From positions 64,001 through 128,000 of IMG/VR virus record IMGVR_UViG_3300025015_000011: a DNA stretch of 64,000 nucleotides; one strand, 5' to 3'. Position 1 is the first letter of the stretch; every line of letters starts with the position of its first letter. Under the pieces are notes generated by a model. That model was given only the letters and a program-made list of their open reading frames with translations. It had not been told where the DNA came from and searched no databases. Of the stretch, positions 1-9,348 are shown piece after piece. The translations under genes were made by a program, and so were the position numbers. This DNA is from a virus.

Positions 1-592
1 CAGACTCAATCATAGCATTGTAGGCTGTGAGAGTTAGCGTAGCTGTGACCGCTGATATATTCCTGTTAAGATTCACATCAGCAGCATAGGTGGTGAGGTT
101 AAGTTCAGCTGTTAAGGCTGGTATGTTCGTTTCTGCGTTAACCCCCGCCGCCGGTGTTGCTAGTATAAGCGCTGCTGTGGCTGTAATTATATTTCTATCA
201 AGATTAATATCAGCATTGTAGGTTGTGAGCGACAACGCAGCTGTTGTTGCGTCTATATTGATTACTGAAACCAATGAAGCTGGGTAGGTTGTAAGTGTAA
301 GAGGCGCAGACACTGCCTGAATATTTGTAGACGCGTTCACTACTGATTGATAGGTTGTGAGCATCAATAAAGCTGTTGTGGTGACAACATCCTTGCCTAA
401 CGACACACCAGCTGTATTGGCTGTAAGCATCAATAAAGCTGTTGTGGTGACAACATTGACATTCAACCTTATGGCTGCTGGAAAGGTTGTTAGAGTAAGC
501 GGAGCTGTTATCGTGTTGACATTTTGTATCAGTGTAACGGCTGCTGGAAAGGTTGTTAGAGTAAGCGGAGCCGTTGTACATGTAACATTGGT
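1..592 (-). repeat. 66-bp (22-codon) degenerate tandem repeat
   Basis: Identical cores 66 bp apart: ggctgctggaaaggttgttagagtaagcggagc (473 and 539) and agcatcaataaagctgttgtggtgacaacat (360 and 426). Confidence 0.85.
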
Positions 593-1129
593 TCCAGCGG
601 CGAGACCATAAGTGAACCCTGTAATATAGCTGTAATACACACCTGAACCTGGATTACCAGACAGCAGTATTTGACCGTATACATCGCCATCGAAAGTACC
701 AGTCGACGTATGGCGATAAAAAGTCCACGTGGCATTAACAAGTCTATCCTTTTCAGCGCCAGCCCAGCTTGAAACGGCCTCAGTGATATAGACTATTGTA
801 GCAGATGAAGTTTTACTGACACGACCAACAACCTTTACAGCATCTGTTGATACAAGTGATGTAGAAGGGCAAGACCATGTTGCGTTTTCGTTACCTGAAC
901 CGGTTGCACTTCGACTGGTTTGAGCTATCGCAGAACCAATTACGTCCTCTGAACCACCCGAATGGCGGACGATTACATCAAAATTATAATTATAAGTGCC
1001 AGTAAGTTCATATATGCGAGCATAGTCGCTTCCTCCGGTATGTGTCGAAGTAAGGAGACGCTTGGCAAGAAGACCGTTGACTGTGTGCGTATCAGGCCAA
1101 TAATATCTTGTCTCAACTGTATCTGCCAT
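1..1129 (-). CDS. Fibre-like virion protein with 22-aa tandem repeats (runs off the left window edge; absent from ORF track)
   Basis: ATG at 1129 overlaps the TAA of the upstream ORF (TAATG). Frame is open to position 1: MADTVETRYYWPD..., then at least 9 units like TNVTCTTAPLTLTTFPAAVTLI / QNVNTITAPLTLTTFPAAIRLN. Confidence 0.75.
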   Translation of the reverse strand, partial: MADTVETRYYWPDTHTVNGLLAKRLLTSTHTGGSDYARIYELTGTYNYNFDVIVRHSGGSEDVIGSAIAQTSRSATGSGNENATWSCPSTSLVSTDAVKVVGRVSKTSSATIVYITEAVSSWAGAEKDRLVNATWTFYRHTSTGTFDGDVYGQILLSGNPGSGVYYSYITGFTYGLAAGTNVTCTTAPLTLTTFPAAVTLIQNVNTITAPLTLTTFPAAIRLNVNVVTTTALLMLTANTAGVSLGKDVVTTTALLMLTTYQSVVNASTNIQAVSAPLTLTTYPASLVSVINIDATTAALSLTTYNADINLDRNIITATAALILATPAAGVNAETNIPALTAELNLTTYAADVNLNRNISAVTATLTLTAYNAMIES

Positions 1130-1410
1130 TAGGGTTGGTCACTCCATCTGTTTTTCATTTCAGGATGAACCGAGTAAAAGACCGTCCATTGTTCCGGCGT
1201 GGTAAGCTCTTCGATGAAGTCAGCGGGATTAATAGCCAAGACCTCATCAACATCAAATCGCACAAGGGATTTATCACCAAGAAAGACCGCACCCCATTGA
1301 ACGCATGGATATTTATCTCCATAGCAAAGTTGTGGGTATCTACGACTCCCACCGCCTTCTTCGGATGGAATATCAACTGTTACGACAGGGCTTATAATCC
1401 AGCGTATCAT
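1129..1410 (-). CDS. Hypothetical protein (fibre-associated)
   Basis: 93 aa, abuts both neighbours in the operon. Confidence 0.55.
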   Translation of the reverse strand: MIRWIISPVVTVDIPSEEGGGSRRYPQLCYGDKYPCVQWGAVFLGDKSLVRFDVDEVLAINPADFIEELTTPEQWTVFYSVHPEMKNRWSDQP

Positions 1411-3096
1411 TTAGTTTCCAAACCATACCCACGAGGGTGCAGAGCTATAGGTTAAAGTAATTGTCTCATCCGGCTCTAACATGAAAATGCCCTGTGTCAA
1501 GCCCGTAGCCGTTCCATTTATGCTCACTCCGGTAACAGTCCCGCCAGTTATATGTACCCTGCAAGTCACGGGGAAATCATTTAAAAGAGCCACTCCAGAA
1601 GCGGGTATGCTCGGCGCGGTAAGCACCCCGACGGGGTTATAATTTATGAGATTGTGTGCATGGAGCTTGGAGTTTGTCCCCGCCTGTTTTGCTATCTGCC
1701 AAGACTGCGCTTTATTTTGACCACCGCACCCGCCGTGTATTTTTACTGTTGAAATCCCTGCCACCCTTACCAGATAATAATTTGACCCAGAAGACCCGCC
1801 CGGAGGAGGAACGCCGCCTGTTCCGCCTGTATCTGCCCCTGTCCAGCCGATGTTAGAAAAAGCCCATCCGAAAGAACTGGTCCTTGTAACATCAATTCCA
1901 ACGCAGGATAAATCAAAGTGAAAGTTCGTTCCAACTCCGTAGCTCTTTTCTAATCCATTTTGACCGTAAGGACTCGCCTCGATGCGCAGGCCTGTATGTT
2001 TGCCGAGCGTGAAGAAATTATGTATGTGCTGCTGGTCAGCTCCTCGTACACGCATTCCACAAGGGCCGTTTGGTGTAAAATTAGACCATCTTGATTGGTC
2101 AGTGAACGCTTGCCAGAACCCCTCAAAAATATTATAAAAAACCCAATGATGATTATTGGTGAAGTAGCAAACATCCCTTGTGTGGTCTACATTAATGCCG
2201 ACATTGAAAGCCCCTATATGGTTATCGCTGATTCTTGAGGTATGGCCGCCATCATTAAGAACAGTCCCAACCCCCATAGCGTCATAACTGTTAATGAATG
2301 TGCACCGTGTAATAGTGCAGGCTCCTCTATACTGAATAGTCATTGGGAAAACCCACGGCTGAATAGTCTCTGCGGTATCAGTTAACCGCATCTGCGTTGG
2401 ATAGAAAAAAGCTAAGTCTTGGATTGTGCAGTTCCACCCCATTGAAATCGCAGGGGTGATCTTATTCGTTATGTAAAACAAGGGGAAGGCTGTGCTGTAA
2501 TTATACGGAGTCCACGGGCCATGAGTATCACCCCGCAAGACCACTGGTATTCTCAGCGATGTGCCGCCGAGCACAATCTGCCCAGTGATTAAGTAAGGCG
2601 TGCCTGAACGAAAGATAACCTCACCACCAAAAACAGCTTTTGCAGCATCAACGGCATTTTGAACGGGTGTTGTATTGTCCGTCCCCCATACAAATCTTTG
2701 CGCAGATACGGTAGTTGAAGCTGCAACGCTTAACTGAACTTGAGATGAACTTGTAAAAGAAGTAATTGTCCCTTGAAGTTGATCGCCTGCCGCACCCGCG
2801 CCTGGAATGACAAGTGTCTTCCCAACATCGGCGGAAGAAAATGGATTCGAGGTGTTGGCGTAAACGACATTGGAGCCAGAGTTCATGGCTCCATCATTCT
2901 TAAACTGAGCGTCTCCGACAGCCCCATAGTCCTCTACTAAAAAAACTGTCGCACTTGAACCCACCACAGATGGTGTATAAGGTTCAAGTGCTGTCTCACC
3001 TACATTAGTTCGCCACGCCTTCAAGGAAGTCCCCACCAGAGTAGAAGGGAAATCCTTAAGATGGATTAATTTGTCTATCTCCCACTTAGCAGTCAT
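1411..3096 (-). CDS. Beta-helix tailspike/fibre protein (pectate_lyase_3-like N-cap)
   Basis: VEDYGAVGD and GTDNTTPVQNAVDAA motifs, then parallel beta-helix-like sequence. Confidence 0.75.
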   Translation of the reverse strand: MTAKWEIDKLIHLKDFPSTLVGTSLKAWRTNVGETALEPYTPSVVGSSATVFLVEDYGAVGDAQFKNDGAMNSGSNVVYANTSNPFSSADVGKTLVIPGAGAAGDQLQGTITSFTSSSQVQLSVAASTTVSAQRFVWGTDNTTPVQNAVDAAKAVFGGEVIFRSGTPYLITGQIVLGGTSLRIPVVLRGDTHGPWTPYNYSTAFPLFYITNKITPAISMGWNCTIQDLAFFYPTQMRLTDTAETIQPWVFPMTIQYRGACTITRCTFINSYDAMGVGTVLNDGGHTSRISDNHIGAFNVGINVDHTRDVCYFTNNHHWVFYNIFEGFWQAFTDQSRWSNFTPNGPCGMRVRGADQQHIHNFFTLGKHTGLRIEASPYGQNGLEKSYGVGTNFHFDLSCVGIDVTRTSSFGWAFSNIGWTGADTGGTGGVPPPGGSSGSNYYLVRVAGISTVKIHGGCGGQNKAQSWQIAKQAGTNSKLHAHNLINYNPVGVLTAPSIPASGVALLNDFPVTCRVHITGGTVTGVSINGTATGLTQGIFMLEPDETITLTYSSAPSWVWFGN

Positions 3097-3108
3097 AGTC
3101 GGCCATCA

Positions 3109-3552
3109 TTAAGCCTTGGTTATGGTGAATATACCGTTAGCAGGCCATGTTATCGTGAGGTCGCCTGCGGTCATATTGACAGGGCCGCCGAGGTCTACAT
3201 ATCCTACCGCATCCTTTGCTGGGTCTGTATAATTGTATATGATACCCCAATAAGCGTCAATGTCATTTGAGGTGTGCTGCGCCCACGAAGGGTTTGTGGC
3301 AGAGTCAAAGGTCATGGTTGTGCCGGTCTGTGACACGAGGGCTGAAAGTGCACCGAGGTTAGTGCCACCAGCCACATATGTCCCAGCCGTTCCTACCTCT
3401 GTGAAGTCCCCAAGTACGGGTGTAACGGTTGTAGCAGTCGGGGCCACAGTGTTATCACATATCGCTACATAAAAATTGTCAGTTGAAGCCCAATCACCAT
3501 CCAGCATTTTTGCCAGTGCCTCATTGAAAATTACAATATCTCCTTGTGCCAT
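3109..3552 (-). CDS. Putative virion structural protein (fibre base)
   Basis: 147 aa, Thr/Gly rich, SD AGGAG, ends ITWPANGIFTI; fibre-cluster context. Confidence 0.55.
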   Translation of the reverse strand: MAQGDIVIFNEALAKMLDGDWASTDNFYVAICDNTVAPTATTVTPVLGDFTEVGTAGTYVAGGTNLGALSALVSQTGTTMTFDSATNPSWAQHTSNDIDAYWGIIYNYTDPAKDAVGYVDLGGPVNMTAGDLTITWPANGIFTITKA

Positions 3553-3613
3553 TTATTTTCTCCTTTTTGTTATCTGAGGTCTTTAAGACCTAGTTGTATT
3601 TTGTCTAACCTTA

Positions 3614-4369
3614 TTATATACTTGTTCCTGTTACTTTTAATGTATATGTACTTTTTTGAGCTGCATTACCAGCTGGTAACCTTAGTTCTAACCAAATACC
3701 TTGATATTCTGTTGCAGGCAGCTCACCAGTAATAACATTTTTTGCTGAATTATTAAAGGTAATAGCACCAGGAGCAACTTGTCTGTTATTAGCTCCATTT
3801 GTTCCTGAATCGTTAAGAGTAGCAGCAACTCCAAAAGTTATAAGGCCTGTTGGGTCAGATTGTTCAGAAATTTGCCCACTAAGTAAAGATAAAGTAGCAT
3901 TTGTATTTTTAACAAATATTTTTTCATAGTAGGTCTTTTCAGCACCACCTGATGGGTCGGCCGCAGAGTTATAAAATGGAACTCTAACTTCTGTTAGTCC
4001 AGGTTCCATTGTACTCCAAACAGTTCCACCAGAAGAATTTCTGATTGTAACAGTACCTACTGCAGTTCCGCTTAAAGTAGCTTTAAGTATTCTTTCAAAT
4101 GTTAAAGCATCGAGAGCTACTGGAGAAGTTCCTGTTAGTACAACAGCTGAACTTATAATTGTACCAGCAGCATTTCTTCCTGTAACTGTAATAGTTTGGG
4201 TAGTATCAGAAACAGAGCTTGAAACAGCTTCTAATGTACTATTACCACTCATTTGAGTAAATTCAATTTTCTTTGTAAGTGCTATTGCACCGCCGATTGC
4301 GGTTGTTACATCATCCTCTGCCATAACAGCAGAACCATAAAATTTAATTTCATCTGTTGTAATACTCAT
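3614..4369 (-). CDS. Putative virion structural protein
   Basis: 251 aa, beta-rich Thr/Ser/Gly composition, SD GGAG. Confidence 0.55.
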   Translation of the reverse strand: MSITTDEIKFYGSAVMAEDDVTTAIGGAIALTKKIEFTQMSGNSTLEAVSSSVSDTTQTITVTGRNAAGTIISSAVVLTGTSPVALDALTFERILKATLSGTAVGTVTIRNSSGGTVWSTMEPGLTEVRVPFYNSAADPSGGAEKTYYEKIFVKNTNATLSLLSGQISEQSDPTGLITFGVAATLNDSGTNGANNRQVAPGAITFNNSAKNVITGELPATEYQGIWLELRLPAGNAAQKSTYTLKVTGTSI

Positions 4370-4379
4370 TTATTACTCC

Positions 4380-5741
4380 TTATTGTATTATCTTTATATT
4401 TTTTAATTTATTTGTTAGTACCTTCAAATTTCTTAAATACATTGTTCCATTAAATAAGATTATGCCATCATAATCAAAAGGTATTATACCAGATTCTATT
4501 ATTCCAAGTAAAGATTCATATTCAGCTACTTGCTCATTAGACATTGTTATCAGTGTCTCAATTGGAACAATAAAGTCTTTATTAAGAAATACTGTAGTTC
4601 TTAAACTATCAAAAGGTATTATACCAGCTACTATTAAATTTGTTAATTCTTCAAATGATATATTCTTGTTAACTGTTGTATTTTTTAAACTTTCAACGGA
4701 GATTGTAAAGTTTTTATCATATACTACCTCACCACGCCATTCAACTGGTATAGCATAATTTTTATCAAATAATGTTAAAGTTCCTGTCCATTCAAAAGAA
4801 ATCTCATTTTGTTTTAATGTATAAAATAGCGCCTCAAAAGGAATATGCTCATTAAATGATACTGTAGTTAAACTTTCGATTGGTACAGTTCTTTGTTTAT
4901 CTACACTCAATAATTCTTCAAATAAAGTTTGTTTATTAACTGTTATTCCAACTGAACTCCCATATGGAATAACATTTTGTGTTGATAATTCTAATAATTC
5001 TTCATAAGAAATTTGTCTATTAAGAGACAAACTCGTTGAACTACTAAAAGGAGTTACAACTTGGTCTGTTACTTGTGATAATTTCTCATATGACGCTAAA
5101 GCATTTAAAGAAATACCTTTATTACTTTCAAATGGAACTGCAAAGTTATTATCAAAATATACTATACCACCCCATTCTGTAGGGATAATAAAATTCTTAT
5201 CAAATACTATTATATCTTCCCATTCTACTGGAGACTCATTCTCGGATTTTACAGGTCCAAGAATATCTGATATATTTATTAAGTCTAATTCTAATGTATA
5301 TTCAGGAAAATATTCAGTCCAATAAAGGTTATTAAAATATGTGCTTGCAAAATATCCAGTATTGATAATTATACCAGATTGTTGAATAAGCATTAATAAT
5401 TCTTCAAATGAAAAAGATTTATTAAGAGTCAAATACTTTTGAATATCAAAATTTATTACACCATATTTATCAATTTCTAATATACCACCCCATTCTGTAG
5501 GGATATTTTTATTTAATGTTAAAGAAGAAAGAATTTCTAAATTTATATTTGTTTCTGATAATTCAAATGTAGGAAAATATGTTGCCCAATAATTAATCAA
5601 GAAAAAATTACTGTCAAAATAACTATTTGACAAAGAAAAAGATGTTGAACTCAATACAGAAGATAATATTTCTTTTGAAAATATTGCTTCTTTTGAAATA
5701 TTTATATAACCATCATCAGTATTTAGGAGTAATAATCCCAT
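4380..5741 (-). CDS. Repeat-containing fibre-like protein (14-aa units)
   Basis: SYEKLSQVTDQVVT/PFSSSTSLSLNRQI/SYEELLELSTQNVI/PYGSSVGITVNKQT/LFEELLSVDKQRTV. Confidence 0.6.
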   Translation of the reverse strand: MGLLLLNTDDGYINISKEAIFSKEILSSVLSSTSFSLSNSYFDSNFFLINYWATYFPTFELSETNINLEILSSLTLNKNIPTEWGGILEIDKYGVINFDIQKYLTLNKSFSFEELLMLIQQSGIIINTGYFASTYFNNLYWTEYFPEYTLELDLINISDILGPVKSENESPVEWEDIIVFDKNFIIPTEWGGIVYFDNNFAVPFESNKGISLNALASYEKLSQVTDQVVTPFSSSTSLSLNRQISYEELLELSTQNVIPYGSSVGITVNKQTLFEELLSVDKQRTVPIESLTTVSFNEHIPFEALFYTLKQNEISFEWTGTLTLFDKNYAIPVEWRGEVVYDKNFTISVESLKNTTVNKNISFEELTNLIVAGIIPFDSLRTTVFLNKDFIVPIETLITMSNEQVAEYESLLGIIESGIIPFDYDGIILFNGTMYLRNLKVLTNKLKNIKIIQ

Positions 5742-6283
5742 TAGCTTATAATCAGTATAGCTTTATCACCAGCTTGAGGAATAAATGGTAATGTTCCTGT
5801 TATGGTCAAAAATTTTGTAGTACCATTAAAACTTCCAGTGGCTGGTATTTTTTTAACTATACTGGTATTATTACCAGTAATGAATTTAATTAGTGATGGT
5901 GATTGAAAAAAATCAGTAGTTGATTCTGTCAAATCTGTTTTAAATGTGCTTATACCATTTCCTGCATCGCTTTGAATAGTAATATAAATATTTCCAATTA
6001 CTTCTAGTAATGGACCTGAATATGAAAATCCAGTCTCTTGATTAATGAAGATAATTTGATATTTATCTTCTAATTGTGGAGCAGTCCAACTATATTTCCA
6101 AACATTATTTGAGTCTGCTGTCATAGCTGAAGAATCTGCAGTCCATCCAGAATTCTTAAACGTCATATCATTAAAATCTAGCCAATATCCATCAGATAAT
6201 CTCATTATTTTAATTGAGACCCCAGTTGAAGTATCATTTAAGGCAAATGGTATTGTTATTGGTTCTTTTAAATATAGTTTCAC
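5741..6283 (-). CDS. Putative virion protein (two small beta domains)
   Basis: GTG start after SD GAGG and TATAAATA; C-terminal domain resembles those of 6309..6998 and 8752..9336. Confidence 0.55.
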   Translation of the reverse strand: MKLYLKEPITIPFALNDTSTGVSIKIMRLSDGYWLDFNDMTFKNSGWTADSSAMTADSNNVWKYSWTAPQLEDKYQIIFINQETGFSYSGPLLEVIGNIYITIQSDAGNGISTFKTDLTESTTDFFQSPSLIKFITGNNTSIVKKIPATGSFNGTTKFLTITGTLPFIPQAGDKAILIIS

Positions 6284-6300
6284 TATATACCTCTTTAAAA

Positions 6301-6308
6301 TATTTATA
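6301..6308 (-). promoter_or_regulatory. T4-type late promoter TATAAATA
   Basis: Exact consensus in the intergenic gap upstream of 5741..6283. Confidence 0.65.
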
Positions 6309-6998
6309 CTATTTTGAAGCTCTAATTCTGCTTAATATTTCCCAAAGATTTTGAGGAATTAAATAATATGTTTTACCAGCTGAGGTTGCAGAAAGGGTTG
6401 ATGCTAATGTTATAGTATCAGTACTTGAATTAAAAGATTTTATTATAGCAGTCTCACCATCTACTAAAGCAACTCCTCCAATATAAGCTCCTCCCATTGT
6501 AGAGGTTAAATTAACTGTATCTACTATAGTAGTAGATGTAGAACCTCCTTGGGCTGTTCCTGATATTGTTCCTGCAAGAACATAACCAGATTTATCAGAA
6601 TTTGTGGCTACACCAACAGTAGTCATTGTAGCTCCAATAACTTTAAACTTTACAGGAGCCTTTGCGAGTAATCCTAAGTAATTTCCTGAGCCTTCAACCC
6701 AAACAAAACACTCATCTTCATTATTTGGAGTTAAAACATCATTAGTTGTAAGTCTATAATATCCACCAAGTTCATCTGTAAGAGTATCACCAGTTTCATT
6801 TATTGTAGTTGCAGTAGAAGCACATTGTACTTTAATTACTATATCAGATAATGTTAATCCTGCTACACCATTTGATATTGTTGAAGTATCAAATATTCCA
6901 AATTTAAAAGTATTAGAAGCTGTTATTCTTTTATCAATAGCACTTGCTTCTAATATGAAGCAACTAAAAAATAATAAAGTTAATATTATTTTTTTCAT
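6309..6998 (-). CDS. Signal-peptide-bearing beta-rich protein
   Basis: MKKIILTLLFFSCFILEASA|ID: basic n-region, hydrophobic core, A-S-A cleavage site. Confidence 0.65.
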   Translation of the reverse strand: MKKIILTLLFFSCFILEASAIDKRITASNTFKFGIFDTSTISNGVAGLTLSDIVIKVQCASTATTINETGDTLTDELGGYYRLTTNDVLTPNNEDECFVWVEGSGNYLGLLAKAPVKFKVIGATMTTVGVATNSDKSGYVLAGTISGTAQGGSTSTTIVDTVNLTSTMGGAYIGGVALVDGETAIIKSFNSSTDTITLASTLSATSAGKTYYLIPQNLWEILSRIRASK

Positions 6999-7001
6999 GT
7001 G

Positions 7002-8750
7002 TTAATTATCTCCATTTCTTGAGTTAAATTTAATACGATTCTTCGAGCGGCCCACTGAGCTTTGAGTAATATATTCATATACACCAATGTCAAAATCTGA
7101 GCCTTGAGGTCTTGAGATTCCTATAATATCTGTTGTTACAACTGATGATACAGAAGAAGATCCTCCATTATATCCTGGTGATGTTAAATTGAGGGTAAAG
7201 TCATACGATGCAGGATTGACAAAATCAGGGTTGGCTGTGCTGTCTCCTGCCGACCAAGTCGGCGCAGAAGGTATGCCATCTCCACCGTTATACCAGATGT
7301 TGTTGGAATGAATTTCTGGTACATCTTCTTGTGTAGGGTACTCATAAGGTCTGTCATGAGTATCAACTACGATATTATTAATGTACTCCCATGTTCCACC
7401 AAATCTGTTGGCGTCGCCACCTGACTGGACATCTATGGCGTGGCCGTAACCAGATACGCCATAATCATAAATGACATTATTATATACCTTTACGTGGGAC
7501 TCATTAGACAGTCCACCAAGCGTAAAAGCTACATGATGATGTTCAGGACACCCACTGATTTCAAGTCCAACATTTATCATCAAATTATTATAAACCTCAA
7601 CAGGCATAGTAAAACGTGGATAACCATCATAGGCCATATTTTTAATTCCAAATCCTACGCCTACCTGATTGACAACTACATTATCATGGACCCTTAGCGT
7701 GCCAGTCCACCCTCCAGATATACCTTCGTCGTAGATGTGCAGGCCGTGATGGACTTTATTGTCAGACAAATAATTCCACCCTAATTCATAAGCTTCCTTT
7801 GCCACCCCGCTTCGGTTAGAGATATAAAATACATGATGCCATGCAGATGTTGTCTCACATCCAAAGTCATGCACATAATTACCGAATACCTTTATCCCGC
7901 CACCAGCAGCGTCTTGCCCGTTACTATTTCCTGAAATTGCTCCGGTAGCACCAGTAGCACATCCGCTGGGATAATTTGTTATCTCGTGAGCAATGGCTCT
8001 CATCCCCCTGTTAGTGTCCATGCCAGTACCATTGGATTTTATTATAAACTTTGAGGTATGTATATATGTTGAAGTGCCATAAGTGTTGCCGAGGCCGTAT
8101 GTGCCAGAGTTTTGTATTAGCACGGTCGCTCCTGGATACGCGATTAAAGCTATTGGGTTGTCGGCCGAGGCGAAGTGATTTCTCAAGGCTACGCCAGTCA
8201 GCTCTTGGACGCCGTTGCCTACATAAACGATATCGCCAGGTGCAACAGGGCTGACATCATTGTTGGCAGCATAGTTTAGCGTTGCCCACGGGCTCGCCCA
8301 TGAACCGGCGTTTCCGTTATTGCCAGTGGTCTTAACAAAATAGATGTTCCCGCTGCGCACGGTAAACGGGAGGGTATTTGACTGCACACCATCCACAGTG
8401 ACATATATTGTACCAACACCATCCGCAGCGGTGGAGCTCACAGCAAAGGCGATGGACTGCATCTTGTGGTAGGTATACAGCTCTGCTGGGCCACTTAAGC
8501 CAGCAGTGTCTGCGTTTTCCCAATAATATACATGGGATGCCAGTGCGCCGCCTATGTGGACAGTTGAGGAGCCCTGAGAACTACCAAGGTTATTCCCCCA
8601 TACGGTGACGATAGCTCCATCTCCAAGTCCATCTCCATTGCCAGTTTTAGGACCTGAGGTAATATCAGAGAAATTTAAAACTGGAGCTGATTGAGATATT
8701 GATGGTATTAAAAAAATAAAAAATAATAAAAATATTATAATTTTTTTCAT
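7002..8750 (-). CDS. Signal-peptide protein with IPT/TIG-like domain and parallel beta-helix
   Basis: MKKIIIFLLFFIFLIPSISQSA; IVTVWGNNLGSSQG (IPT-like); YFVKTTGNNGNAGSWASPWATL; C-terminal RPQGSDFDIGVYEY. Confidence 0.75.
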   Translation of the reverse strand: MKKIIIFLLFFIFLIPSISQSAPVLNFSDITSGPKTGNGDGLGDGAIVTVWGNNLGSSQGSSTVHIGGALASHVYYWENADTAGLSGPAELYTYHKMQSIAFAVSSTAADGVGTIYVTVDGVQSNTLPFTVRSGNIYFVKTTGNNGNAGSWASPWATLNYAANNDVSPVAPGDIVYVGNGVQELTGVALRNHFASADNPIALIAYPGATVLIQNSGTYGLGNTYGTSTYIHTSKFIIKSNGTGMDTNRGMRAIAHEITNYPSGCATGATGAISGNSNGQDAAGGGIKVFGNYVHDFGCETTSAWHHVFYISNRSGVAKEAYELGWNYLSDNKVHHGLHIYDEGISGGWTGTLRVHDNVVVNQVGVGFGIKNMAYDGYPRFTMPVEVYNNLMINVGLEISGCPEHHHVAFTLGGLSNESHVKVYNNVIYDYGVSGYGHAIDVQSGGDANRFGGTWEYINNIVVDTHDRPYEYPTQEDVPEIHSNNIWYNGGDGIPSAPTWSAGDSTANPDFVNPASYDFTLNLTSPGYNGGSSSVSSVVTTDIIGISRPQGSDFDIGVYEYITQSSVGRSKNRIKFNSRNGDN

Positions 8751-8751
8751 A

Positions 8752-9336
8752 TTATTTCCATATTATTTGACATATTGTAGAAGCAGGAGCAGATAAAAAT
8801 GGCCTGCCTGGCTCTATTATAATAAGATCTGGAGTTCCATTTACTGTAGCTACAACTTCTCTTATCTCAGTATTACATATTAAATATGTTCCGATATAGT
8901 TATTTGAAACAGCGATTACAGAAGTTTCATCAATTGGTATTCTCCAAGTAGAACTATTACCAGTCGAAGCTGTTACCATACTTACCGTCTTTGTTTTTTC
9001 TTGAGCATTACAATGTATGTCTAAAAAATTATGATAGTTTTTATGAGTAGCTGTAGAATCTTTCATGGTATAAACACCAGATTTACCATTACTAGTATAT
9101 GTGTATCTATACCAACCCAGACCCATTTCAGCTATAGCATTATTATTTAAAGATGTTGTACCATCAGTATAGAAAAAATCAAATCTAACTTCAGAAAGAA
9201 TTTTACCCGTTACAGGATCTCCTGCAGAATTATTCATTTGGCCCATGATATTATATATATTACCATTAATACAAGAAGAATAACTATAAATAGGCCAAAA
9301 AAGTAAAAGTAAAAGTATTAAAAGAATTTTTTTCAT
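8752..9336 (-). CDS. Signal-peptide-bearing beta-rich protein
   Basis: MKKILLILLLLLFWPIYSYS; EMGLGWYRYTY motif; architecture like 6309..6998. Confidence 0.65.
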   Translation of the reverse strand: MKKILLILLLLLFWPIYSYSSCINGNIYNIMGQMNNSAGDPVTGKILSEVRFDFFYTDGTTSLNNNAIAEMGLGWYRYTYTSNGKSGVYTMKDSTATHKNYHNFLDIHCNAQEKTKTVSMVTASTGNSSTWRIPIDETSVIAVSNNYIGTYLICNTEIREVVATVNGTPDLIIIEPGRPFLSAPASTICQIIWK

Positions 9337-9348
9337 ATATCTTTCTCC

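Noticed and set aside
1-592. Possible CRISPR array (31-33 bp repeats, 66-bp period)
   Set aside because: The period is a multiple of three inside an open frame, repeats differ between pairs, and no cas genes are present.
210-741. Track ORFs 210..581, 357..611 and 556..741
   Set aside because: Alternate-frame or antisense shadows of the repeat gene that starts at 1129.
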